Shown in pieces: positions 14,503 through 26,484 of a DNA stretch of 64,000 nucleotides. The stretch is from the human T2T-CHM13v2.0 reference genome, Homo sapiens, in assembly GCF_009914755.1 (NCBI RefSeq), contig NC_060930.1; one strand, 5' to 3'. Made by a program: the position numbers and the translations under genes. Position 1 is the stretch's first letter. Every line of letters begins with the position of its first letter. The notes below the pieces were generated by a model, which saw only the letters and a list, made by a program, of their open reading frames with translations, had not been told where the DNA came from and made no database searches.

Positions 14503-15647
14503 TAGGCACTCCGGCCTGGCAGTTCTGTGCCTGGCGGGTAGTCAGGGCTCTGCAGGCCTGAGGTGCCCTGTTCTTAGGCCCTAAACCCATTCAGGCCCCA
14601 TGTTAGGATCCCAGGGGGAGCGGGGTTCCTGCACGGGCATTTGGATTTGAGCAATGGGCTCTTAACAGGGCTGAGGCTCTTCCTGCAGCCGCCCCCCCGG
14701 CTTTCCCAAGGGCTGCACCACTGTGGTTTAGACCCAGACCCTTTTTTGTGACCTGTCCCAGGCACAGTGGGATGGTTGGCAGTGGCCTCTCCAATCTGCA
14801 CTAACTTGACACCAGCCCCTTCAGGCTGAGAGAGCTGGAAGTGTCTGCGGACACTGGGGCAGGACGGGCCCCATGATGTGAAATCCCGGTGCCTTCCTGC
14901 AGGTGCCACGCTCTTCTGGAGAGGGGGGTCATAACAACACACAGCCTGTGCAGCTGGGGGCCGCTCTGAGTGGCGGAACTCCTGGCAGCAGTGCCTCTCC
15001 CCTGCTCTGCCCGCCTTCCCCACGTGTGCTTCCCACAGACTCTGATGAGGCTGGTTACGAGGAAGGTCGCCACATTGTGGTCATTGCACATTTGAGGCCA
15101 CTGAGTGGGGTGGGTGCTGCGGGTATGACTGTGAGGGGCCTGGTGTGTCTGGGGGCCCAGGCAGTGGGGCCAAGTGGTGGGTCTCACTGGATAAGCCTTG
15201 AGCTAAATGATCGGAGAGCTGGAAGAAGAACTCTTTGCATCTGTTTTGTTTCAAAGAGCATGCTGGGTGAAGGCAGTAAGCACCTGCTGTGTCCCTCCTT
15301 CACCTTAGCAGCAAATGTCCAGGCACAGTTGCAAATAACGAAGCCTTTGCGGCTGAGCACGAGCATGGCTCTGGCACCTTGTGGGGGTGCAGGCGGCGGC
15401 ACGGGGAGGCTTCCTCTGGCTGCCTGGAAAGCGCTCTGTGAATCATGGGTTGTACCTCTCACCAGCAGCCTGTTTCTGTAGTCGGATGTGTGACGTGACC
15501 AGATCCTGGGAAAAGAATGGCATTCAGGGGCTGTCTGAGACCTAATGGTTGGTTTTGATGAATTAGGAGCAAAGGTATTTGGAAACTGCATACTCTGTAG
15601 TGGCTGAGTAGTTCAGTAAGCATGTCTGTGCCTCTGTCCCCTGTTGA

Positions 15648-15949
<302 letters not shown>

Positions 15950-17236
15950 CATTCTTTTAAATAGGAAATTTCTACCTTGTAAACAGAGACCATTGCAAAA
16001 TCTTCTCAACCTCCCAGTGTGCCCAGTACACAAATCACCCATGTCTGGGCCTGCTGACCCGGGACAGTCTGCTTTAAACACCCACCCTTGCTGGGGTGGG
16101 GGGTGCACCTAGATTGCAAATCCCTGAATTCATGGCTTGGGTTCTCATGGATGGTGAAGCTCTCTGGGGAGTTTGGAGCCATTTGTGTCTCTGGCCCTTG
16201 CAGGCTGGCTGAGCAGGGTGTTGGGCCGCCTGCCGCCGAGCCTAGTGTGAGAGCACTGGTCTGGGGCAGGTGCTGCCCACCTGTCGAGCTGCACGCAGGG
16301 GAGGGAACGGTGCCCTCCTGTAACCGCACACTGCCGCTCTTCCTCACTTGTCCTTATGGTAAGGTAGCAGTAGCCGCCTAAATGGGTTTTATGGCAGCTC
16401 ATCCACTTATCCTTTATCAGTGTTTATCATCAGTACCTCAAGCAGCCATGACTATGGTGTTATTACAGATACGTGTGGACCGCCCCGCCTTCCGAAGGCA
16501 CCTTTAACTTGTGATGGGAGCCAGCTGTCACTTTCTCACCCTCATCTTGAGGGCTTTTCAGAGGACTAGAGATCAGGCCCTCAGATGTTTCATTCCATGG
16601 CTGGCTTCCTCTCCTGCCAGGGTCAGCATGGTTCCCAGCCACCCGTGGCCCAGAGAGATGCTCATAAGATGCACGTTTGCTACTCCTCCCCATGTTGTTT
16701 TTAAAAATGATATGATTATAGGATGTACTGTGTGAAAGTTACAAACACAGTTTTTGGTGCCGACAGATAAATGATTCTCTTGAGTGAATTACAAGGATAT
16801 GTATAGGTTGAGAAGTGTTTGTATTTACTTGCATGGCCAGGTTCAGTGGCTGGTAGCTAAAGTGAGTCAAGTAGCTTGGGTATTTGTGTCACCATCCAGG
16901 ATGTAACAAAGCCCCTGGGTCTCTTTGCTGAGTGCTCCGTGGTAGAGGCAGTGCTCTGGGCTCCCCTGCCAGCCCTGCCCTTATGAGCAGGCAAAGCATG
17001 GTGGACCAGGGTGTTGATGAGGATGAAACGGCCATGCCTGCTATGTGGCATCAGGAGGAGCTGGGAAAGGGAGACTCACTGCATCTGAGCCTCTCGGGGT
17101 TATTTTAAAACCTGTTGGTTGGTGTGGTGAAGGGGACCGCTGCCCTCTGCCCTAAACTTGCCCCTGCATGGCTCTCAGGGACAGAGCTCTTGTTAATACG
17201 GTATGTTAACTGTGTCTTCCTTTCACCCCCAAACAG

Positions 17237-17419
17237 GAACAGATTATCAGTCTGGTCAATCAGATCTGCGGCAAAGTGTCTGGTAAAAACGGCAGCATTG
17301 AGAACTGTCTCAGTAAACCCACACCAAAAAGAGGTCCCCGCAAGAGAGCGACAGTGGACGTGCCCCCCTCCCGTCTGTCAGCCTCCAGTTCATCCAAAAG
17401 TGCTTCGAGCTCATCATGA
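17237..17419 (+). CDS. JARID2: JARID2 terminal exon coding part, [16 protein letters not shown]...SSKSASSSS*
   Basis: aaacAG acceptor; TGA at 17417-17419. Confidence 0.95.
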   Translation, partial: EQIISLVNQICGKVSGKNGSIENCLSKPTPKRGPRKRATVDVPPSRLSASSSSKSASSSS

Positions 17420-17564
17420 AGATGCCAACGCCCGTGGTCGATTTATATATATTTTTTTGTAATTATTATATTCTAGTTTGGAGTACTTGCTGTAGGATTC
17501 AAGCTGTCTTTGCACTAGCTCTAAAGAAGATTTTCTTCTGGTTTTAGAGAACTAATTTTGTTTT

Positions 17565-17572
17565 AGCATTAA
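17565..17572 (+). promoter_or_regulatory. miR-155-5p 8mer site (AGCATTAA)
   Basis: Exact seed match; JARID2 is an established miR-155 target. Confidence 0.8.
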
Positions 17573-17848
17573 ACTGTTGAACTTTTTTTTGTACTTAGAA
17601 AACCTAGATACTGCAGTCAGATTTTGGAAACTGCCGTATAGTCACTGTTTTAAAAACCCCGGAGGGGCTGTATTAATTTGTATTGCCCCATGGCTGACAA
17701 AAGCCTTTTTTTTTTGTTTTGATTTTTTTTTTTTTGTAACTGTTGGGGGGAAAAAGGCTTTTTAACCCATTTTTGAAGAGGGTGAAGTTTGGAGAACAAA
17801 TTTAAAAACCATCAGTCATGTGAGCAGATTTTTTAGAAGGGATAGGAG

Positions 17849-17877
17849 ACACACGCGCACACACACACACACACACG
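17849..17877. repeat. (CA)n/(CG) alternating microsatellite in the JARID2 3'UTR
   Basis: acacacgcgcacacacacacacacacacg. Confidence 0.9.
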
Positions 17878-18368
17878 AAACTTGAAATGGCTTTGCTTTG
17901 GCTGTCGTCTTCTGCCGTGTGCCAGATGAGCTTGTGATCTGGGAAGCCGGGGCACCCCCGTTTTGTTTCTCTGGGCGGTTGTGGCAGCTGAAGGCGGACG
18001 TTGTTTCCTAACCATAGGTGGAACGAGGAGACGGGAGCGAGTGGGCTCTCCACCAGCACATCACTATGCATCTGTTCCAGGAAAGAAGAAAAGCGAGCGA
18101 GGAAGACGGAAAAGACTGCCTGCCTTGGAGGGGTCACATGAGGGAGACCTGTGCCTGATTTCATTAGGAAATCCATTCTGTTATTTTTTGGTGCTGTTGG
18201 CTACTTTATCAAAAAACCCTTCAATAGCATCCTTAAGATTTAAAAAAAAAAAAAAAAAAAAGGAAAAAAAAGTGATGGAAGCCGTAAGTGCTTCTTTGTC
18301 ATCGACGTGCAATCTTTCTAACATTCCATCTCCATCTCACCGCTTCTTGTTTGACACCTTCACAAGTC

Positions 18369-18376
18369 AGCATTAA
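18369..18376 (+). promoter_or_regulatory. Second miR-155-5p 8mer site (AGCATTAA)
   Basis: Exact seed match in the 3'UTR. Confidence 0.75.
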
Positions 18377-19170
18377 TCTTTCTTTTAAAACTTGTTTCAT
18401 TTATGATCATGTAGAGAGCCACTAGGAGGCCTGCAGTTATTTTTGAATGTGAAAATGCATTTGCGTTCATCTTGTCTATTTTTTCTCTTCATGTTGTAAC
18501 AAAAAGGAAAAAAGAAAAAAAAATCCCATCCCTTTTGTACATATGCCTGTAAATTGTTTTAAATACTTGAGCCTTTTTCTCGGTGGGGGGTGGGGAGGGG
18601 GGTGAGAAGACAAGATGAAGAAAAGCCTTACATTTCAGTTTCTTCATCGGTTGGATTGGATGCTTACAGGGTTTTTCTTGTAACATTTATAAGTGCTGCT
18701 TACATCACTGAACAACAACAAAAAAATAATAATGGAGTAGCTGTTGCCCTTCTCCGGTTGTGTGTACAGTATGTGTGGAATAAAAAAGGGAAACTGTTTT
18801 CACAAGCTGTTCTTTGTTTCATAATTGGATTCATCAATCCCGTAGCTACCCATATTGCACTGAGCTTGCCAGTGGTGACTGCCAGGAACGTCCTATGATC
18901 CACTTTGTTGGTTGTTGTTGCAGAAGACTGAACTGTTTTGGAATATTTAACAATTACAGAAACAGTCAAGTGTTTTCCAATGTGGTTGTCCGGTTTCTAT
19001 GGCCTTGCTGTGTACTTTCCCTCTTTTTGACAGTAAACTTCTGCCTATGGCTTACAGTTTGACATTTAATTTATTAGCGCTGCTCTGCACCCCTCCCTTG
19101 GGAGGGAGACTTCATGTGGTTTATTGCGAGTTTTTTGTTTACTTTTCAGGTTTGTACTACAAGGTTTAAT

Positions 19171-19176
19171 AATAAA
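19171..19176 (+). terminator. JARID2: JARID2 polyadenylation signal AATAAA
   Basis: Upstream TGTA motif; downstream U/GU-rich element (tttgtctgtcttgtg). Confidence 0.8.
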
Positions 19177-19992
19177 AACAAAGTTTTTTGGACATTTGTC
19201 TGTCTTGTGGAAGATGACTGAATGGAATGAGCTCTTTCTTTTCTCGTCCACGGGCAGGGGGCAGAGGATTCCCCCCAGCCAGGGAGCAGAGCCACCCCCC
19301 ACACTGCAGTCCTGCTCCCACCTGCCACTGGGTCCCCTTCAGCCTAACCTAATGGTTTCCATGTGGCCTGCGGCCGTCCCCCTCATTTCCCATCGAGCTG
19401 CGCCCCCCTGCTGAGCTTGCTTTCATGATGAGACGACACTGGGTGCATTCAGGGTGGTATGGCTGCAGACAGACAGACCCCCTCATCCCGGCGGGGAGTC
19501 TGTCCCCTCTCTCTCATTGGGCTGGAGGAGTGATGGCAGGAACACATCTCCAGGGGACCAGTTTCTTTTCATAAAGAATGGAGGATTGCTTTGGGCTTGT
19601 TTCTGTTCTTTTGGGCCCAGGAGTGTGAAAAAGTAGGGGTTGGACTGGCTGGCTACTGGACTAATGATACTTACTTACTTCTGTAATGATCAACGGAAAA
19701 CCCCAAGCTTTGCCAGAGTGGTTTGGCTACAGTCAGCTCTTCTACAGGAAGTGGCATTTTCCACTTGTGAAACGGTAGGTCATTCCCTGCCTCATGCAGA
19801 ACTCAGCCCTGTGGAGCCTCCACCACCTGGCCCAGGCCCTGCCCACATGCAACCTCCCGGGGTGGCCCTCAATGACCTGCACGTCCCTTCACTCTAAGGA
19901 ACCCTGAGTTACAGTGGCCTTAAGGACATGTGTATTTAGAAGCCTTTGTGTACAAACTAGCTCTGTGCGCTCTCAGTTTACCGTCCTCACAC

Positions 19993-19998
19993 TTTATT
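19993..19998 (-). terminator. DTNBP1: DTNBP1 polyadenylation signal AATAAA
   Basis: tttatt on +, about 150 nt beyond the DTNBP1 stop codon. Confidence 0.8.
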
Positions 19999-20144
19999 GT
20001 TAGCTGTTCTTTAAGTTTCTCACACATTATTGGCAATTATGTAAAAATCAAGAACCTCTATAAAACAACCTGGCTTTCCAGGTGGAATTCCGCATACAGC
20101 CAAAACTGGATTCCAGTGTGGCCAGACAACGCCCATGTCCCAAT

Positions 20145-20389
20145 TTAAGAGTCGCTGTCCTCACCACCATCCGGAGTGGCCTCTCTGTCAGTGTGTGATG
20201 TGGCCAGGGCAGTGTCCACCTGAACTTCCTCCTCATCGGACTGAACAACGGGGGACTCCCCACCCTCACTGATGTCCCGGGTGGCCGAGTCGGTGCAGGT
20301 GGAGGAAGAAGAAGGTGGCTTGGCTCTTAATTCTGAGGGATTTGGAACCTGGAGGGTAATCTCATTCTGACAGGTACTGGATTCAGGCC
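20145..20389 (-). CDS. DTNBP1: DTNBP1 terminal exon (10) coding part, GPESSTCQNEITLQVPNPSELRAKPPSSSS...ATPDGGEDSDS* (acidic Ser/Thr/Pro-rich tail of dysbindin-1A)
   Basis: ttttgcAG acceptor on -; 245 nt open frame ending in TAA at 20147-20145. Confidence 0.95.
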
Positions 20390-21594
20390 CTGCAAAATAA
20401 CGTAGGGAAGAAAAAGCCCTGTCATAAAAATATTGTGAATCAGAATTGCCGCCAACAGCTGTGGAATGTGCCCGTCATGAAAGGGGGGTGTGGTTTTTGT
20501 TCCAGGCACCTGGGGCCTGCAGAACTTGGGAACTGCCCTGGAAGACACTGAGCTGAGCGATGCCAGAGGCAGCCTCAGGCCCTGCGGTGACCCTTCTGTC
20601 CCCTAAGGAGTCAGCCACATGTGACACAGATCAAGTGCTCCTAAGGCTGTAATACGCGTGTAATAGAGGCCCAAAGGCAAGTGCTGCCTATCTTTGAGGA
20701 GCAGTCCTTGTAACCTTGATAATCTAGATTTCTTTTTTTTTTTTTTACCCTTTGCAGTAATTCAGAGACACCACTGCTGAGAAAGTCGGAATTACTGACC
20801 TTCAGCAGTTCTCCAATTTTATGGAACTAAATAGGCTCTTCAAGGAATCAAAATTCTATATGCAGGTGTCACTGTTTCTAAATCTTCCCCTGACTCTGGG
20901 TGAGGGTTCACGCTGGTCTCCAGTATTCTGGCCTTCTCAGGATGAGGGCAAATGCACCCAAGCTCCTTCTCTTCCCCAGGATGACACCGTTCTGACAGAT
21001 TGCCAGGAGAAGCGGGTGAGAAGTTTAGAGGAAGCTGAAACCGTGGTAATGGTAGAACCTTCTACAGATGGCTGAGGTGCTGCTGGGACGACTGAGCTTT
21101 GCCTTGACCCAGCCCAAAGAACTGGTCTGAAATTTGAAACGCACCAAGCCCAGGTACAGGTCTGGCACCTCAGCCCATATTTGCTGCATGAATGTGAAAC
21201 AAAATTTTGTGAAGGGATGAAAGGAACTGAAGTGCAACTAAGTTTACAACACAGGCCAAGAGCTGAACACACACCATGGCTTTGCCCATGGCAGGCACGC
21301 CCCTAAATGCCTGTCGCACGAAGAGGGAAGAGTTTCCCGTGAGCCCCGCAGGAGAGTCCGCACCTCCCTGCAAACGCCAGTCCTTAACCACAAGGAGCAG
21401 ACTCAAATGGATTTCTGGGTGGTAAAGGAGGGAAAACAAACAAGAAAGCTCTCAACTCACCAAAGTTACCGGAGTGGAGCATGTCAAATCTTTGAGAAGA
21501 ATTCATGACGGAACCACACCACTGTTGCAGCTGCCACACAGCCGTGTGGAACCGTGGGGTTAGGGAGCCAGGAGCTGGCTGTGAGCTTGGGGGT

Positions 21595-21695
21595 TTATGC
21601 GTAAGTGACTGGCAGATGGTTCTCACGTCTCACCTTTGGAGGGGAGTGGCATCGATACTGCCCTGGTTCAGCTAATGCAAGTTTGTCAACCCTAC
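21595..21695 (-). CDS. DTNBP1: Read-through of the exon 9 donor: alternative C-terminus of dysbindin-1[33 protein letters not shown]
   Basis: ORF 21595..21825 continues in frame past the GT donor; peptide recognised as the isoform-1B tail. Confidence 0.8.
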
Positions 21696-21839
21696 CTAAG
21701 GCGGGGGACAGCACAGTGTTCTCTTCTCCTCCAGAGTTCAGGAAGACGTCCAGGGCCTCCTGGTCCGATATGTCCATCAGGTCCATCTGCTCCAGCATGT
21801 CCACGTTCACTTCCATGGATGACATGCTGCCTATGGGCT
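21696..21839 (-). CDS. DTNBP1: DTNBP1 exon 9, [48 protein letters not shown] (dysbindin domain)
   Basis: ccgcAG acceptor, TAG|gtaggg donor; 144 nt, phase 1-1. Confidence 0.97.
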
Positions 21840-24800
21840 CTGCGGATAGATCAACACGAGAAAGGACACGCTGTCTTTAATATTACTTTAAAAGGTGAAC
21901 TTCCATTGGCATTAGGCTAACTACATTGCATTTCCTAAGCTTCCTTCAAAATGGAATTTGAAGCAACGTATTAGTAGATGACATATGCCAGTCTGGCACT
22001 TTAAATGCATCCTAAATCACCCTTGGCAACTATTATTACCTTTTACACTTCCTTAATCTGTTCATCCCCAGCCCTTTGGGACGCTGAAGACTAATCTCTG
22101 CATTAAGTGAGTCCCGGCTGTTTTGAGTAGGACGCTCAGCCTGTCTCAAAGAGGCCAACATTCCTGCAGCAACAGTTAGCGACCTTCCTCCCTGCCAGCC
22201 ACAGCTCTGCTTCCTGCCTACAGGTGCCCTGAACCTTCCCGGCAGGCGCACTCCTCTAATTGCAAGTGGAGTTTCCACTGGCCTTGGAACATTTCTCGGG
22301 CCTAACGGCAGAAGGGGTTTGACCTACATCTGTAAGCTGTAAGAGCTCCCTGCAGTGGAAGCACAGACTAGGAGAAAACAAAACCCAGCCCACCAGCAGA
22401 CGGCGACCCCATGAAACAGCACATGCCTAGTTGGCCTCTGCCCGGGCACTGAGCACGGGATGCCCCACAGGTCTTTACTCATAGGCAAACGACCTCTATG
22501 GTCCAGAAAACCACAAGCCACGTAAGTTATCCTAGCCATGGGGAATGCCTGGCAGAAGCAAATGCAAATTATTTCTGGAAGGACTCTCCCTTAACCTTGG
22601 TTTAAACAAAGTCAATCCCAACCCAATCTGGCATTTGTAACACACATGAAATGAGCCACTCCGAGTGAAGGGCAGCAGAAACAAACATCATCCTCGCTGA
22701 AGAATATGAGATGGCTGTTCATACACCACAGTCACAGGAAAGGTGAAGTCAAAAACAAGGTGTCAAAAATAAGGACAGACATTTGAAAGCCAAATAATGA
22801 CTAGGTAGAAGAGACTGAAATCTCAAACTCGGGGCACAGTCACAGCCCAATAGAAAATTAATAAACTAGAAGGCAGGATGAGTAAATCTGCCATAATGCA
22901 GCATAGAAGAACAAAGAAAGGAAATACAAGAGAGCATAAAAGGTACGAAAGATGCAGAAGCGTAGCATCTGGTCACATTTCCCCGAAGCCAAGAAGGGGA
23001 GATAACTCTATTCAAAGAAGCTGATGAGTTTCCCAAATCGATGAAAGACCTCAGGACCCAGATTTAAAAAGCAAAACATTCCAAGCAAGATCAAAGCAAT
23101 CTTCACCTACACCAATTGCTTTGAAGTTGAAGAACATCAAAAGACAAAGGCTCTCTAAAAGGCAGCCAGAGAGAGAGGGCAGGCTAAGAAAGAGAAGGAA
23201 ATAATTAGGATGACAGGCAACTCATGAACAACAATAATAAAAGCCAGAAGACTGCGGAGTAAGTTCAAAGAGGAGAGAGAAATGTCATCTCTAAAATGGT
23301 GTAACATTAGGTATCGTTTAAGATCCAGGAGAAAAGCAGAGACCAAGAAGAAACACGTCATTATGAGCCTGCTCTCGCTAGAGGCATAGTGAAGGAAGGG
23401 CTGAGTGCAAGAAAGCATGTTAAGCAAAGAGACGTGTGAGTGTGTGAGTTAATGTAAAACCTGGAATGGAACAGTCATAACGAGGAGTCACCAAGGCCAA
23501 ATTACCCTCCTGAACAAAGACACGGGGGTGGAGAGGAGGGTGCTTAGAGCCACAGCGACGTGAGATTGCGGCTTCATCTGGGAGGAAAGTGAGTCTCATT
23601 ATCCTCAGGCTCAGAAAATCACTAAAGTTCAGCACTTGAATGAGAGGTAAGAGTAATTCCTATTTTTAGTTGGGGAAAAGTATTATGGTTTAGATGATCC
23701 CATGCTTGGCGGCATCACCCTCGCCAACTGAGCCAGCCTGCTCTGCCTCGGACTTGGCCGGGGGTTGAGCCCAGCCGCACAGGGACAGCAGTTCGCTGGG
23801 CTGGATCTTCAAGGCTGAGTGGTCAGGGGAATTTGAAGGCACGCTGGTCAGGCTTGTTCTTTTTGGGGGCACGCTTCTGAGGGTTTCCTTTCTGACCTAC
23901 GGAAGCCTTTCGCCAAGGCCTGTCTTTTAGATCGTGGCTTCTGACTTCAGTTTTGAAAGTTTGTCTGTGCCATCTTCTTGAAAAGGGCAGGAGAGAAAAA
24001 ACTGGACTAAGAAGCATAAGAAAAGCTTTCAGGAAAATTCTGTAGCAACAAATAAGATGGTAATGGGTGTGTCAGTGATCACAGGAAATGTCAATGAGCC
24101 AAACTTGTCAGTTAAGAGATTATACAACTAAACTAAAATAAAATCTAGCTACCTTCTGTTTACAGGAGACAAATATGGAGACACAGAAACATGCAAATGT
24201 TTCTTAAAAAATGAAAAGATATAATGAGGAAACAAATAATTAAGAAGAAAGCTGATACAGCTGTATTAATATCAAAATAGATTTTAATGGGAAACAAAAG
24301 TAATATTGGGATAAAGAGTAGTACTTAATGACTTTTAAATGGTTCAATTCACCAGGAAGATAATCTAAAACTTCTATTTTTGGTTACGTTTTTAAAGTAA
24401 AAATATGGCAGAATGACAATGAAAACATAATATCCATAATCTTGGGGGCATGTCACTATACCTATTTGATGACTGACATCAGCAGTCCCAAAGTTAGTAA
24501 GAGAAATCGAAATCCCATTCTCCAATCACAATGAAATTTAGTTAGAAATTGGTAACTGCTAGGAAAACTTTCACACATCTAATTATTTTTAAAAAACATT
24601 TATAAACAGTTCACAAATCAAATATGAAATGCTAATGATAAAATTTACCCAGAAATTATGAATGTCAAAATTTGTAGGATTCAGCTAAAATGGTACCCCT
24701 GCAAGAAATCCATAGCTTTGAATGCCTTACTAGAGAGGAACGCTGAAAATCAAGCCTGAATATTCAACTTGGGTTAGAAAAAAACAATAGCCCAAAGAAA

Positions 24801-25423
24801 GCGACACTGAAGAGAAGTTAATGAAACAGTAGAAAGAACAAAGAAGCTGGTTCTTTAGGGGAAAAAAGCTTAAAAATGGTTATGTTCTGGGTAAGACTCA
24901 TCGTAAATAGAGATGAAAGGAATAAAAGGCACATGAACAATTTTAAACATGCAAAAGCAAGCCTAACCAGGAACACAGCTAAGGGGGAGACGCACACCAT
25001 GGACAACGTTATGCTGACATATCTGACAACTAAAGACAATTCCATGGAAAACTTGCCAAAATTAACGAGAAATAGTAAATCTCTATAACTATCAGAAAAA
25101 AAGAATAGGTAACTCTTCAAATAGAGTAGTCACTGGTAACAGCATTGGAGGCAAGTTCTACTCAACACTCAGGAATGCATGAGACACGTGCACTTGCAGA
25201 AAGATCCAATACCACTAAGAGGTCCAGTGTGTCTCCGTGCAGAAACTTACTGCAATTCCGCTCAAACTGTAGACAAGGTTCGTCAACAAACTTGAAACTG
25301 TAACACTTATACCAACGGACAAGACCCCAAGAAGAGTCATGGCAACTATGAAGAAAATAAATGCACACAGATGTGCAGAGCAGGTCAGGAATGGCTCCAG
25401 CAGACTCAAGCTTCACTAGAAAA

Positions 25424-25640
25424 CATTTTCTCAGCTCCAGCACTCCTGACACTTTGTGCCAGATCGTTCTTGGTTGTGGGGTGTCCTGGGTAGTGTGGGG
25501 TGTTTAACTGCATCCCTGGCCTCTGCCCACTAGATGCCAATAGCACACCCTTACCACCCCAGGCACGACAACCAAAATGGGTCTCCAGACATTGCCAAAT
25601 GTCCCCTTGGGGGCAAAAGTGTCCCCAGCTGAGAACCAAC
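25424..25640 (-). mobile_element. MER20 (hAT-Charlie) DNA transposon
   Basis: 'ctccagacattgccaaatgtccccttgggggcaaaa...tgagaacca' matches the MER20 consensus. Confidence 0.88.
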
Positions 25641-25963
25641 ACTTGATGACTAAGTAGACTACAGTATGGTTTTGGCTCAGGGACGGGCGGCAGAAGAATG
25701 GAGCCGAAAAGAGAGGCTTGAAGATTCCTGAATATACAGAAACTGCCAAAGGTGTCGTTTCATTCCAACAGATTAGCAAAAATTTAAAAATCTGATGCTA
25801 CCAAGTGCCGGCGAAGATGTAATCAGAATGTGCATATGTGGCTGAGGAGACTATAAACTGGTGCAAATGTTTTGGCAAGAAATTTGACAGCATCTAGTGA
25901 AATGAAAGACAGCCATGTCATTGTGACCAGTAATTCCTCTCCTAGTTATATACCCTAAAGAAA

Positions 25964-26116
25964 TGGTTTCCAAAGTGTGGTCCCCTCAGCATCACCTGGT
26001 AACTTGGTTATAATGCAAATCCTCAGGCCCCACCTCACACCTGCAGTGGGCCCAGGAATCCATGTTTGAACAGCCCTCCAGGGGACTGTGGGACTGCTCA
26101 AGCCTGAGAACAGCTG
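25964..26116. mobile_element. MER5A/B-like element
   Basis: 'tggtttccaaagtgtggtcccc...cagcatcacctgg...aatgcaaatcctcaggccccacc...tgagaacagctg'. Confidence 0.75.
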
Positions 26117-26159
26117 GTCTTAAAGCAACTCTTACGTATATGTACAGAGAGAGAAATTA

Positions 26160-26484
<325 letters not shown>

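Larger units (their letters stand above)
17420..19200 (+). other. JARID2: JARID2 3'UTR (end approximate)
   Basis: U/A-rich, transposon-free stretch from the stop codon to AATAAA at 19171 and a following GU-rich tract. Confidence 0.85.

Noticed and set aside
25527-25539. CTCF-like motifs (CCACTAGATGCCA in MER20; also ~18419 and ~22393)
   Set aside because: Each mismatches the core consensus; cannot be supported without PWM scoring or ChIP data
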